Shown: positions 28,796 to 43,330 of the stretch, piece by piece
Numbering within the stretch: position 1 is the stretch's first letter
Layout of the letters: each line of letters opens with the position of its first letter
From: the human T2T-CHM13v2.0 reference genome, Homo sapiens
Length of the DNA stretch: 64,000 bases
Reading direction: 5' to 3' (one strand)
Assembly (NCBI RefSeq): GCF_009914755.1
Contig: NC_060925.1
Notes under the pieces: generated by a model
The model's database searches: none
What the model was told of the DNA's origin: nothing
Seen by the model: the letters and a program-made list of their open reading frames with translations, nothing else
Program-made: the position numbers and the translations under genes

Positions 28796-29457
28796 ATAAT
28801 GCAGCCTAGATCTGTTGCCTCATTTCATTTCTTTGTATCAATCTAATTCTTCAAGCCCTTCCTTTCATCTTTCCTGGAACAGAGGTATGAATTAAAAGGA
28901 ACCTATTCTCAACTGTGCATTTCAGTTTTGTCCTTTATTTTAGTTATATGCATTTGTTGATAATTAGATCTGCTTTTCCTTTCTAATATTAAAACTCTTT
29001 TTTTGTTTTTTTTCAGTAAAGAACTTGATTTTCTAAAGGGAAGGTTGAATTTGAATAACTTGGCTAGAGGGCTGTCCCCAAAGGACACAAGGCTAAACCT
29101 TAATCCCTGAGTCAGATCAGGGATGTCTGAATCCTAGCTGAGGTGTTTGCCTCGGGGCTTAGGCGCTTGAAAGTGTACTGCACTGAAGCCAGTGAACTGA
29201 TCACACTGATTTCATTCTGATGTTCAGCTGTGATCTTTGAGTTGTAAATCCCTGGCCCATGCATGGAGTATCTTGTAAGACTGAAATTACTCCAAGTATT
29301 TTGGGCTTAAAGAACAAGTATATTAAAATTCTATCTCTGACATACTACTATTTTTTGTTTATTGTTTTGCTAAAGAAGAAATAGGGAATACTTTGGAGCC
29401 TTTGAAAAGTAATTTATAGTGACCTGTGGCCTCTGTGTGATTTTCTTGCCTTTCTGA

Positions 29458-29691
<234 letters not shown>

Positions 29692-29804
29692 TAGATAGTG
29701 GTGGGAGAAAATGCAAGTCTGAAACAGCTACATATATACATACACATATACATTTATCTCTTTCCATATACATTCATGTACATATATGTACACGTATCTG
29801 TATA

Positions 29805-30161
29805 CAGTCATACATGATGTGTTACTTAACAATGGAGATATGGTCTGAGAAATACATCATTAGGTGATTTTGTCATTGTGCCAACGTCATAGAGTGTATT
29901 TACACCAACCTAGATGGGATAGCCTACTACACACATAGGCTAGATGGTATATATAGTGTGTTGTTTCTATGTTATAAGCTAATATAGCATGTTACCGTAC
30001 TGAATACTATAGGCAACTATAACACAATGATATGTATTTGTGTATCTAAACGTATCGAAACAGAAAATTTACAGTAAAAATATGGTATTATAACCTTACG
30101 GAACCATTGTTGTTTATATGATCCATCATTGACTTAAGTGTCCTTATGTGGTCAATGACTG
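29805..30161. mobile_element. Tigger3a/Golem (MER7-type) DNA transposon
   Basis: TA-cagtcat ... atgactg-TA termini; internal acctagatgggatagcctactacac. Confidence 0.8.
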
Positions 30162-30164
30162 TAT

Positions 30165-31000
30165 ATGAAAATCTGATATATAGTAAAGTCTTTGCATTCA
30201 TGGAGAAAGGTTGAAGTATTCAATAAATGCTGTTGGGATGACTGGCTGTGCATTTGGAAGAAAATAAACTTAGATTCCCATTTCCAACCATATACTAAAA
30301 TAAAGTTAGCTATTTGCAACATGAATAATAGCAGTGGGTGAATATTCCTAATACGCAAAGAGTTTATATAAGTCAGAAAGCAAAACACCCCAGTCAACCC
30401 AGTAGGAAAATGGACAAAGGAAATAACAATTTATATAAAAAGAACAAATAGCCAATAAACTTATGAGAAGATACTAAGTTTTGTAAACATTAAAGAAATA
30501 AAAAGTAAAGAAATAATGAGATTAGTTTCCTTTATCAAATAGAAGAAAAAATTAGAAGATTGATAAATGGCAGTCTTCATAATAGCTCTGCCATAGAATC
30601 AGGGTGGGGCACATGGGAAGCTTCAAATATAATGATCGTTCATCTCTGTGATACACTGATTATTGTCATGTTTTATACTTCACATAACTTTGTATGAATA
30701 TTTTGGTACCTATTTAAAACCACTAAAAAATCTATTTCTTATGATTAAGCCCTTCCTGGGAATCTAGTAATAAGGTTGAGTGTATAAGGATATGTGTTCA
30801 CATTTATTGTAGCATTGTGGTAGCAAAAAGCTGAGAACACTAAATGTCCATTACTAGGGCAATGCTTAAACTTGGTCCTTACTACATAGAATACTGTGCA
30901 GCAGTTAAAAAGAATCAGGAGATGGAACCATGTCTTCAGTATATTGAAAAATGAAAAAAATGAGTGACATGATCCCAACTTAATATAAAAGTACTTACAT
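30165..31000 (+). mobile_element. Degraded L1M fragments
   Basis: ttcaataaatgctgttggga...catttggaagaaaataaacttagat and other ORF2/3'UTR-like motifs. Confidence 0.55.
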
Positions 31001-32945
31001 TTACATATGTTTGTCTGCATAAGCAGAGAAAAGAATTTGATGGTTGTCAACTGGGTGGGGTAGGGATGATCTGAGATGGGGGTGGTCTCAAATGGGGACA
31101 TACTGACAATGAACAAGTAGTAGGATTGTATGTACTTTTTCTTTCTGTCTTTGTTTTGTATTTTTGGAATGAAATTGTTTTTAAATGCATTTTTTGTATG
31201 AAAGATACATTTTCTTCATTGTGAAAAAATTCAAATCATCCAGAAGACTGCAAAAGAGAGATAGTTTTGATCATTAACATATATTGAACCTTAATTCACA
31301 CCAAGCAAGTACACAACACACATTAAATCAGTTCTTCTTCCAAGCATATAAACTGTGGGTATGTATTCTTGTTATTTTTGAATGTCTTGTGAGGAAACTA
31401 AAGCACAGAGATGTCCCAGGACTTGGCGGTTGTCACACAGCTAACAGTTTGCAGTGCTGGGATTCAGGCCTAGGAGATCTGGTTTCATTCATCAGGGCCT
31501 GTGCTAAATGGTCGAGTGAAGAGGCTGTCAGGGAAGAGTTGGCCTGTTCAGAACAGGTGGTCTTATAAGACCCCTCTGAGGAGGCAACATTTGAAAACCA
31601 GAATAAAATGAGAGAGGAAGCCACATGGCCACGTGGAGAAAGAGCAAACGAGGTTTCAGCAAATGAAAAGTTTTGTATAAACGAGATTATACCTGGTATT
31701 CTGTAACTCTTTTCCCCTGCTCAACATAATGTTGGCATTTTCCCATATTAGTGGATTAAAACTCCATGTTTTCTGGTTGCATTGCATTCCAGTATGTTTT
31801 ACTTACTATTATTGAATGAAATTGTGTTTCTAATTTTTTAGTAGCATGAACAGTTCAGTGGCCAATGAATATCCTAATTCATGCAGCGATTTCCCCTTCT
31901 AGAATGATTTTTTTAGAGTCAGTTCATTGGAGTGGGATTGCTATGTCAAAGAGTGTACACATTTACTATTTTGAGGCACGTTGTTAAAATTGTCCATCTG
32001 AAAAGTTGTTATCATCCACTACAAGTTTAGTGTGGTGTGGGACCTTTTGATAATTGTATTTTCTGCAAATAGTTAGACAAATAGTTCCGTAAACAAAAAG
32101 AAAAAAGCCTTCAGCCTTCTAGATCCTGAGGCACCCACGTTCAGCTTTTTAAGCTGATTCTTGTAGCATCTACCTCTTTATCTTCAAATTCCAGTTTTAG
32201 TTTTTATTTATTGACTTCCTACAGTGATTAAAGATTTTTTAGCTTTTCACCATCCACTGCCCTGACTCTGTACAGCTTTACTTTTATCCTTCCCAATATA
32301 GTTCATTTTAGCTATAATCGTTTTCAGTGCTTACATTATTAAACAGTGTAAAAGCTGAGCCATGCAGTAGTATACTGTGATTGCTTATCCTTTCTCACTC
32401 TTTATTTGTTTTCTATGAAGGTAATATTTATCTTTTTGTTTGCATTGTTTTCTATGTATTTCGCCTTCAGATTGTCCCCTAGTTGTATAAATCTCAAGTA
32501 TCCAATGTAGCCAGACACATTAAGAGGACTGTCATACTACTTTTTTGAAGAATTCTCCCTCCAAGTCTTCTGACATGAGCTGGAAGTAGGCCAGCTGCAC
32601 AGCTGTGACTGCTAGCTGTCCCTTACCTTCCTCCTGGGGTTCCATTGCCTTTCTCTTAGGTTTTTAGAACTCATAATTTCCAAATTCTTGGTTAATCTTT
32701 TTTTTTTTTTTAGTCATTTGGTAGAGTGCATTCTCTGATAGCTTCTTGTGAAAGAAAACATGGCAGTAAATATTTTTGAAACCTTACGTGTCAGAAAATG
32801 GCCGTATTCTACTTTTACACTTAATTGGCAGTTGCATGGGCATAGGAGTACAAACTTGAAGTTGTTCTGTGTTTTGAAAGTACTGCTCCATTGTCTTCTC
32901 ATTCCCACTGGTATTAGTAAGAAGTCCAGTGCTATTCTAACTCTT

Positions 32946-33240
32946 TTTTTTTTTTTTTTTGAGACGGAGTCTCGCTGTCGCCCAGGCTGGAGTGCGGTGG
33001 CGCGATCTTGGCTCACTGCAGGCTCCGCCCCCCGGGGTTCACGCCATTCTCCTGCCTCAGCCTCCCGAGTAGCTGGGACTACAGGCACCCGCCACCTTAC
33101 TCGGCTAATTTTTTGTATTTTTAGTAGAGACGGGGTTTCACCGTGTCAGCCAGGATGGTCTCGATCTCCTGACCTCGTGATCCGCCCGCCTCGGCTTCCC
33201 AAAGTGCTGGGATTACAGGCGTGAGCCACCGCGCCCGGCT
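32946..33240 (-). mobile_element. Young AluY, AluYe-like
   Basis: CpG-rich; ctgcaggctccgccccccggggttcacgcc; perfect 17-bp TSD gtgctattctaactctt (32929-32945 / 33241-33257). Confidence 0.9.
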
Positions 33241-33853
33241 GTGCTATTCTAACTCTTGATTATTTTTGTGAAACTTGTTTTTCTATTCTCTGGAGGCTTT
33301 GGGAATCTTTTGTGTTCACCGTGTTCTGAACTCCCGCGATGATGAGCCATCCATTATGCTGGCACTCAGTAGGCCTTTCATTTGTGAAACTCACAGCTGC
33401 AGTGGTAGGAAGTGTCCTTGAGTTGTTTTCTTTTCTTTTTTGGTACATATATTATTGAGATATTGAATGTTTTGGACAGGTTGCCTAATTTTCTTATATT
33501 TCTTTCCTGTTTTCCAACTCTGGTGTTTTGCTCTGCATCGGGTGAGATTTTCATATCTACATTTATCCTCCAAACCGTCTATTGAGTTTTATTTCTTCTT
33601 TTTCCTGAAGGTCTTTTTTTGTTATCTGAATGCTCCTTTTAAAAATATATATAGCAACTGTTACTTTTTAATGAAGCAAATATCTTCAAATATATCCTGA
33701 GCACTTAGTATGTGCCAGGCCCTATCCCTATTCTAATCTCTGAGGAGACAACGGAGAATAAAACCTAGTCCCTGTCCTTGCACGATTTATATTCTTAGGG
33801 ACAAAGGGAATAACAAATTTAAAAAAAAAAGATGTATATATATATATATAATT

Positions 33854-34154
33854 GGCCAGGTGCAGTGGCTCACACCTGTAATCCCAACACTTTGGGAGGC
33901 TGAGGCAGGCAGATCACCTGAGTTCAGGAGTTCGAGAGTAGCCTGGCCAACATGGTGAAACCCCGTCTCTACTAAAAATACAAAAATTAGCCAGATGTGG
34001 TAATGTATGCCTGTAATCCTAGCTACTGGGGAGGCTGAGGCATGAGAATTGCTTGAACCCAGGAGACTGAGGTTGCAGTGAGGTGAGATTGCACCACTGC
34101 ACTCCAGCCTGAGTGACAGAGTGAGACTCTGTCTCCAAAAAAAAAAAAAAAAAA
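33854..34154 (+). mobile_element. AluS
   Basis: ggccaggtgcagtggctcacacctgtaatccc ... A-tail. Confidence 0.92.
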
Positions 34155-34229
34155 GTGTGTGTGTATATACACACGTTGAATGGTGTTGAATACGGTAAAG
34201 GGAAAAGAGGATTTGATCCCCCCTCAGCA

Positions 34230-35501
34230 TGGAGGTGGGGGAATGTTATTTTATGTAGGATAGTTTGGGAAGGCCTCATGGATGATGTGACATTTTAGCA
34301 GAAGCCTAGGTGAGCCATGTGAAAATGTAGGGGAAGAGTGTTCTTTGCAGAGGGAATCTTGAGGTAGATAGATGCTTGTCCTGTTTGAAAACCAACAGGG
34401 AAGCCAGAGTAGCTGGAGCAGAGGGGAGAGGAGGAGATTGGGAAGATACAAGGTTGGAAAGGTGGCAGATCAAATCACATAGGGCCTTGGAGGCCATTCC
34501 TAACACTTTTGGTTAACATTGTTACTCAGAGTGAGTGGGGACACCACTGAAAACTTTTGAACAGAGGAGCGAATATGATCTGACTTATGTTTAAACCTCT
34601 CTGGTTCTTTGTGGAGAATGGTCTGTTAGGGCCAAAGCAGAAATGTTAGAGTTTATTGCTGTAATTCAGATGAGATATGGTGATGGTTAGGGCCATGGTG
34701 AAAGCAAAAGAGGATGTTAAAAGTCATCTGTTTCTACATATATTTTTAACATAGAGCCAATAGGATTTGTATTCACATTGGGTATAGGTTGTGAAAGAAA
34801 GAGGAGTCAGGGATAACTTTAGAATCTGTTGGCTTGGGCAATTGAAAGGAAGGAGCTACTGAGGTAAGAAAGACTGAGAAGCAGGTTTGGGATGGGGTAA
34901 GGAGAAGTTTGGGTTTGGACTTAGTATGTGGTGGGTATGTCGAGTGTGCAGTTGTGCAAATGAGTGGATTTCATGGGCAAAGTCTGGCTTGAAGATAGGA
35001 TTCCTTTTTTTGGGAATTATTTGTACATGCTATTTAAAATAGTGAGACTGGCTGAGCTCACCAAAGGAATGACTGTAGAGAAGTCCTAGGACTAAGTGAG
35101 TCTTAGAGCCACAGTGCTTAGGGCACTGGGGAGAAGAGGAAACACCATCAGAAGGATATGAGAAGGAGCAGCCTGTATGGTAGGAGGGGAGTCAGAAGAG
35201 AGAGTTCCCTTGGAAGCCAAGTGAAGAACAATCATCAAAGAAAAGGGCATGTTCAGCTGTTTAAAGAGTTGTGGATAGATCAAGTGGGATGAGACCAAGA
35301 GTTTACCGTTGGATTTAGAAATGGGGTCATTTGTGATCTTGCTGTACTGTTTCCAAGGAGATGAAAACTTTATTGGAGTGGGTTCAAGAGAGAATAGGAG
35401 AAGAATAGAAGCAGCAGTATAGGCAACTTTTTACAGTTCTGCCATAAGGGGAGCAAAAAAATAGGGTGGAAACCAGGGGGGAAATACGAGGTTCAGAAAG
35501 G

Positions 35502-35551
<50 letters not shown>

Positions 35552-35830
35552 GCTGTGACAACATGTTTTTGTAAGCTAATGAGAATGATCTGGGAGAGAG
35601 AGGGAGGAACTGATGCAGGAGATAAAGGATACATTTGCCAGAGCCATGACCTTGTGAGTTGAGAGAGATGGCAGTCACTGTGTGAGTGGAGGGGTGGCTT
35701 TAGATCAGTAGCTGGACAGTTTGCTCAAAGTACAAAAGAGAAGGCAGAGTAAAGAGTGCAGATCTGCAGGCATGCTGGTTGATGTGCTGGCGGGAGTCTA
35801 TAATTGCTTCTGTTTTCTCAGTGAAGTTGG
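34230..35830 (-). mobile_element. L2 LINE fragment(s)
   Basis: Purine-rich antisense L2 motifs (gaaggcctc...gtgacatt, agatcaaatcacatagggcctt, tggagtgggttcaagagagaat). Confidence 0.6.
35504..35547 (+). repeat. (GT)22 microsatellite
   Basis: 44 nt perfect GT repeat. Confidence 0.97.
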
Positions 35831-35924
35831 AAGCAAGGTCAACTCAGAGTGAGAATGGAATGTTGTGCCTTAGGGATCTGTGGTGCTTAACTAGGAGTGC
35901 AAAGCAGACTCACTCTGACAGGGA

Positions 35925-36078
35925 AGGCAGTCACTGCTGGAGCTTTTGAAAAATCGTACACACTCCTGGACTTCAGCCCTTGAGTTTTGACTCATTTGGT
36001 CTGGGATGAGGCCTGGCTTTAGACATTTTAAAGCCTTGGAGGTGATTCTCATGTATCTTTTGGTTGAAAACCACCAGC
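35925..36078. mobile_element. MER5A-like hAT MITE
   Basis: ggtctgggatgaggcctgg...aggtgattctcatg...ttgaaaaccac. Confidence 0.6.
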
Positions 36079-37883
36079 AGAGGTTATTTCGTTTAGTCTT
36101 CAGAGTGACCACCGAGGTGGCGGCCATTGCATTTTACAGTGGACCAGTGTCATATCTAGGACATGGTGGAACCAAGTTTTTACCTTTGGTCTTCCTCATT
36201 TGAAGACTGGTGTATGTTTCCACATCCTGTGTTTACTCTGTGCTTTGTTTATTGGCACTGCTTAGTGCTTGGTCTTGTCTAAGGATAGGTTTTCCCAATT
36301 TAGACTTAACTGTGACCACAAATTAAAAGCAAATGTAGGAAAAAAAATTAACTTGCTAGTTATGAAAGATATACAAATTAGAGCAGCATTAAGGTAATGT
36401 TTTATCCCTACTAAATTAGTAAAGTAAAAAATGGTCAAGGTCTGTGTAGATACAGCAGTGATAAAACTGAAGGCTCATTTGTTGCAGAGTGTAGTATAAA
36501 CTGGTACAGTCCTATTGAAAGAGAATATAATGCCTGTCAAGAGACAAAAAATTGTTTATACCCCTTGAGTTCATAATCTTATTTCTGGGAAATTATTCCA
36601 ACAAAAGAATTCAACAGCATAAGGATACTGTATATGCCGAGATTTTACACCAACATTATTGAAAATGTAACAGCCCAAGTGCCCAACTGAAGAGAAATAG
36701 ATAGGTAACATAATTTTACTGGACTATTCTCCAGAGTATTTAAATATTATGCAGATTATGGAGCAGCATGTATGCTCACTGTCAAATTGTCATAAATATT
36801 GAAAATTATAAAAAGCAAAGCAAAAATCCTGTATACTTTCAAAGTTAAGAAGCCAGCAATACAGGTATTTTTATATAAAGGCATGTTTTCTGTTGATTGA
36901 GTTCTCATAATGCTATTGGATGTAGCAATCAGTTAAGAACCGGGATTTGCTTTGCTTGGATTGACACCACTGATTATAGGGGAAAAAAACAACTCCCTCA
37001 AATGGGAAACTACTGTTGCGACTAAGCAAGGCACACCAGCTTTGTTTCAATATCTGGCTGCTGTGTTTGAGTGTTTGGTTAATGTCTGTGATCCATGTTG
37101 CAAACACAACTGCAAGGTCAAGACCAGATATGACAGGAGGCTGGGCCTGAGACTTCTGGATTGAAAGGCAACAAGAAAACATTTCTATGTTTTTTGTTGT
37201 TGCTAATAGTTTTGACCAACTGTTATTCTTAACTCTACATAACAAGATACAGGACACCTTTATTATTGAAATTTCTATGGGACAAGTATACTGACTCTAG
37301 ATTTAGTTCTCTTTTTCTAAATGAAATGATTTTTAATTTTTTTCATATAATCCTTAGGTTCACAAAAATGACTTTGTATGACAATTTTTGATAACGTGAA
37401 GTGTCTTAGAAATATAATTATCACATAATAGCAGAATAGTCTATATTAGTTTTTGTTTGCACATGTGTAAACTATATAAAAGAATAATCAATATATGCAA
37501 CACATTTTCCTGTTTTTTTCATTTTCTTGTTTTAAAATGATTTGAAAATAAATTTCTAATTATGGAGAACCATTGGATCTTGATTAATATCTAATTAATC
37601 CTAACCTGGAAAATAACAAGGAATTGGTATCTTGCCAGTGTTTAGATTTGTCATTGAGGAACATGGCGTGTCTTTCAATTACTCATTCAATGGAGTTTTG
37701 TAATTATCCCTAAATAGGCAATCTCTAGATCATTCCTGTGTGTTTTGTTTGTTGTTTTTATTGTAATTGGCTTATTTTTTCTTTGGTAAATTTTTTCCCT
37801 TTGGTATTGATTTTTAGATTTTTTCCCTTGGAAACTTCCTTTTCTTCAGTGTTTCCCTTCCTACTTGTCAGTGTCTCTCTTGA

Positions 37884-38246
<363 letters not shown>

Positions 38247-38685
38247 TAATTACAGCCCCAGGATGGGCCTCTGCTTCCTCCAGGGTTCTCTCGCCCATCT
38301 TCAACTACTTCAGTTCGATTTTAAAACTTTAACTCACCTCTGAAGTTAGCCCTGTTCGATCTCTGCTCCTTGTCAGACTACATTAAAGAATCTAGATGTC
38401 TTCTACACATTGTCCTTCTCTTCCTCACAGTGTCTGCCTTGATGACCAAATCAAAAATTGTTTTATTGCATTACTGCCTGAGTGTGTGATATTTTAGCAG
38501 AATCTGAGCCATGAGCTTCTTAAGTAAAGCCTTCTACTCACTGGTCACAGTCTAGCTTCTCTATGGCTTAAGAGTAAACCTGTTTGATAAAGCTATAAAT
38601 GGCATTTATTCCTTCCTTCTTGCTGCTTAGAATCTCACTGAGTTTTTCTTCTACTCCAACTGAAGAAGGTGCCACATCTCACCTG

Positions 38686-38865
38686 TTGGTGGTTCTCACC
38701 TGGCTTTATATTAGCATCACTAAGGGGCTTTTACAAAACACTTGCTGAGACCCCATCTCCAGATTCTGATTTAACTGGTTCAGGGTGAGGTGTTACTATT
38801 ATAAAAAACAAGCAAACAGAAATCCCTCCAGGGTATTGTAATGTGCAACCAGAGTTGAAAGCCCT
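38686..38865. mobile_element. MER5-like hAT MITE
   Basis: gtggttctca...agattctgatttaactgg...agagttgaaagcc. Confidence 0.55.
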
Positions 38866-41387
38866 TCCTGATGGAGTAAAGCTGCCATTCCGTTGTTTTA
38901 CTGAACTTCTATTCTGGATCTCTGAAATCCACCAGCACGATTGAGGCTTTATTAGTGTGTCTGTCCCACAGCCCTGGTGAGGAGTAAGACAGAAGCTTGG
39001 TGAACCTTACGTGATATGAGATATGACCTGCTCCTGACAAAGGCCTGTACACCAATGCCGTGTTCACTCTGAGAGTCATTGTTTAATCAAGTGACAGAGG
39101 TTGAGTATCTGTTAATGTGGCACAGATACTGTGCTAGACGCCATGAGAACAATTTGACAAGGGCTTCATCCTTATGGAGGTTAGAGTTGATGACTCTGTT
39201 TTGGTTCTAGAAATGAATTCCTGTCCTGTGAGGATGCACCTGCTTGTCCCACAAGCAGGGCTGTCTTTGGTATACAGCTGGGCCCTACACCCTACTCTCC
39301 TGTGGGTAACATACTGTTCACTTCAACCTGCCCTGCTTGGCCAGATAATATTCATGGCTCAGATGAGGAATGACCAGGACCTTGACTTCTTCATCTACCA
39401 ACCAGACTAGGTTACTCAGTAATACTAGTAGCATTGGTCGCCCCTGTGCCTTCTCTCTTAGTGAGCTTAGATGAGCCATGAACCTAGAGCCTAGAACTCT
39501 ATTGGGCTGTCTGGTGAAGGGTAGACTTTAAAAGTTCAAGCCTAAAGGCAGCTGCAAATGGGCTGTTTCTGACCAGTTTTTTCTGACACACATCTCAGTC
39601 TCAACCTTAACCTTTTCACTCTAACTGAAGGCAGAGGAAGTAAGCATTGAGAAAATTCCATTAAGGAAGACGAAAGCTCGCCACCTTCCCTAAAGCCTGG
39701 GTGCAGTGAGGCCACAGAGACCACTTCCTGTCTCCCTTTCCCTGGGCCATTTTGTCTGCTAAGTCCTGGAGGCACTTCCCTCCCAAGTAGAGGTGAAGTC
39801 TCACCCCACCAGCTGCAGAGAGCGATTAAAGAGACCAAAGAAAACAGTTGAAAAAGAATACCAAAGTAGTAAGTGATCAAAAGGCTAGATCTAAGAGAGA
39901 GTTCTTTTCATAATTCCCCTACTCCTCATTTCTGTTGTCTAGGGCCTCACTAGATGCACTTGACCTATGTCCGTGTCCCTACCCCCTCATCTCCACAGAA
40001 GTCTGCAATATAGATTGCAGTAGGGTTGGCCATTTTTCAAGAACATTTTTCGCGTTCATTGAGAATTGACCTTCAGAATTGTGACTTATTTTTTCTTATC
40101 TCTGGAGTGATAGCAAGTAATCATTTTTTAAGAGTAGATTTGATTTTTCATACAACCAGAAATAATTCAGGATGTAATTTGGTGAATACCCTGTGTTGAG
40201 GTTGTAAATTTGATCTGAAGACAGTTTCCATGACAAAGTTCAGAAATACTTTGAGTAAAAGCAGCATTCATACATAATGTTGAGCACCTACTTTGACAGG
40301 CACTGCTCAGGGCACTGGGGATAAAGCAAGACTGGTATTCTATCTAGGGGAGAGGAGTTTACCAATTAACAAGTAATAAAACAACGAAAAATACTAAAGA
40401 TGTTGCCAAAATAATACAATTTCTGGAAAGAAATACTCCGAAGAAGAATGGAGGAGGTGGGGAAGGGTGGAAGTGGCTGGTTTAGAGAGGGTGATTTAAG
40501 GTAGGCTCTGAAAAGGGGGCACTTGGGCAGAAGCCTTAGTTCTGTGAAGCACAAAGCCATGTCATGGTATGTTCTGGTAGTGGCAGCAATAAATGAAAGT
40601 TGCTGAGGGAGGAACAAGCTTGACGGGTTTCAAAAACACCAAAGGAGCAATGTAGGAGGTGCGGAGTAGAGGAGAGGGCAAATGGTAGGAGATGAGATTG
40701 GAGATGGAGGCTGAGATTCTGAGGCTTTTGGGAAGCAGCTGGGGGATGAGCCTTGCCGGAGTTAGTGTTTTGCCTTTTAGGGACATTATTTTGAAGGTAA
40801 AGACTAATTTGTATTTATGACTTAAGACACATGTTAGGCCAGTGTTAAAATGGGTGAAGGTGAGGAATAAATGCATATCCTTGAATATGCTTAGAATGTT
40901 TTTGCAAGAAGATCTGAGAAAGCAATGGCAGTGTTTCCTGGGTGATAGGTTGTGACACTGCTGTCAGGTCAAGAGAGGAAGGGGCACTTACATGTTAATC
41001 TCTTCTTTAGTAGTATTTGATTTTTTATCATATGCATGTATTTTTAGAAGCTTTTTCATAATATACCATATGTGTGTATATGTTTAAGGTTTGATTTTTT
41101 GCAGAAAGAGTATAGCTGCTGTGTTTGTGAAAACACAAAGAGATCTTTAAACCAGTCTCTCCTCTGAGATAATTTGATAAGTGATCGGAAGCTGCTTGGC
41201 ATTTAGATTTCTGTGAAATCCAAGCATTGACACTTGAGTGTTTTCAGTGAGTGAAATGTGCTCTAATGTATAACACTTAATATTTTAATATTAATATTTT
41301 ATTAAAATAAAATAACAGGTATTTAATATTAATATTTTAATAGATAATTTTTCTATTTCAAACTACATCTTTTGCTCTTTTCCCTAG

Positions 41388-41621
<234 letters not shown>

Positions 41622-41786
41622 TAATGAATGGTTAGAACTAACTTATATATTTATTGGCTGATGAAATGTTAACATTCTTAGTTAGTAAATTGTTTTTCTG
41701 AAATGTAGGAGACCTTATTTTTTTTCTTTAGTAGAGTTTTAACTTGTGTAACAAACAGACTGGAGAACATAACAGAGCCTGATGAA

Positions 41787-41900
41787 CTCGCTTGAACCCA
41801 GGAGGGTGGAGGTTGCATTGAGCTGGGATCACGCCAGTGCGCTCTAGCCTGGGCGACAGAGTGAGGCCCTGCCTTGAACAAAATGATGCAAAACAAAAAA
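41787..41900 (+). mobile_element. 5'-truncated Alu (right-arm end)
   Basis: cgcttgaacccaggagg...gcctgggcgacagagtgag; TSD acagagcctgatga/acagaacctgataa. Confidence 0.85.
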
Positions 41901-42099
41901 ACCACAGAACCTGATAAATAATTAATTATGAAGCATATAAGAGCCTTCACTTAGGTCCCAAAATAGAGCATAGCTAGCGCCCCCGTCTGTCTCTCCTTTT
42001 CCAGTTACACCTCATTCTCAATTTTATAAAGTAGCTATTGTCCTGAGTTTTATGACGCTACTCTGTTGCTTTTCTTCATAAATTTATTGCTTATATATG

Positions 42100-42740
42100 T
42101 AGATTTGATTTGCATCATCTATGGATTTTATATTTGCAAATTCATGTACTTACTGAAATTTATTTGTGACCCCAAAATCAATACTCAACGTCACTTCTGC
42201 AGTTGTTCAGACTTACCCATATGCAGAGTGGTGGAAAATTTGAGTGGCCCAACCCATATTATTCCCAAAGAGGGCAAACATGGCAGTGACCTACCTTCTT
42301 ATTTCAGCTCTCATCCTGTACACAGATGTCCTTTTTGCAGTCTAATGCCATGTTTTTCACACTTTTATGCGTTTTGTTAGTGAGGTCACTTTTTAAAATG
42401 GCCCCATACTAGTGCTGTCTAGTGTTCTAAGCACAAGAAGGCTGTGATGTTCCTTAGGGAGGAAATATGTGTGTTAGATAAGCTTTGTTCAGACATGAAT
42501 TATAGTGCCATTGGCTGTGAATTCAGTCTTAATGAATCAACAGTAAATATTAGATACAGCATCTTAACATACATGCACAAAACAAGGTTATGTATTGATT
42601 GGTTGACAAAAATGTCATCAGAGGCTCATAGGAACCTAGCCCTGTATTTCTCCTAGGAGCAATGCTCTGGTATTCCCTAATTCAGTGTTTGCAGTGACTT
42701 TAAAGAACATAACTACCACAAAATAGTAAGAATTGACTGA
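42100..42740. mobile_element. MER82-like TcMar-Tigger element
   Basis: aaatttatttgtgaccccaaaatcaatactc...tttcagctctcat...gaattgactg; ~640 bp. Confidence 0.7.
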
Positions 42741-43297
42741 ATATCTGAATGATATAGTTTGGTTTTGCCTGCTTTTGAGCCTAATAAAAATAGAATCGTA
42801 ATATTTTTATGTTTTTTTCTTACTCCATACTAAAGATTTATCTGTGTGGCTGTAGCTGTTTGTTCATTTTTATTAATGTATAATATTCTATGGTATAACT
42901 ATACCACAATTAACTGTTCTATTGTTGATGGACATCTAGTTTTTTTCCAGCTTTTGGACATTATGAACAATGCAGCTCTGAGTATTCTTATATATGTATC
43001 TTAGACATGCATGCCTGAACTTCTCTGTAGCATAGACCCAGAAGTGGTTGGCTCATAGTAGTAGATAATGACAAACTGTCTCCCTAGATTCTTGAGCCAA
43101 TAATAGTGAAAGTTCCTGTTATTCCACAAGCCTGATGATGCTTGATACTGTCATCGGTATGGTTGGAACTTCAATTTCCTTTTGTCCTTTTATAGTCGGT
43201 CAAGTTCATAGTGAACTAGGGAGTCTGTTCATTTAGGCTATGGAAGCCTTCTAGTAATTTGTACTTTCAGTGAATAAGGAATTCCTCTTTGTCTTTC

Positions 43298-43330
43298 TGC
43301 GTGTGTGTGTGTGTGTGTGTACGCGCGTGT
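43298..43330. repeat. 33-nt alternating purine/pyrimidine tract, tgc(GT)10acgcgcgtgt
   Basis: Direct inspection. Confidence 0.9.

Noticed and set aside
32714-33224. ORFs of 124 and 158 aa
   Set aside because: Read-through of an AluY on both strands; typical Alu-derived peptides
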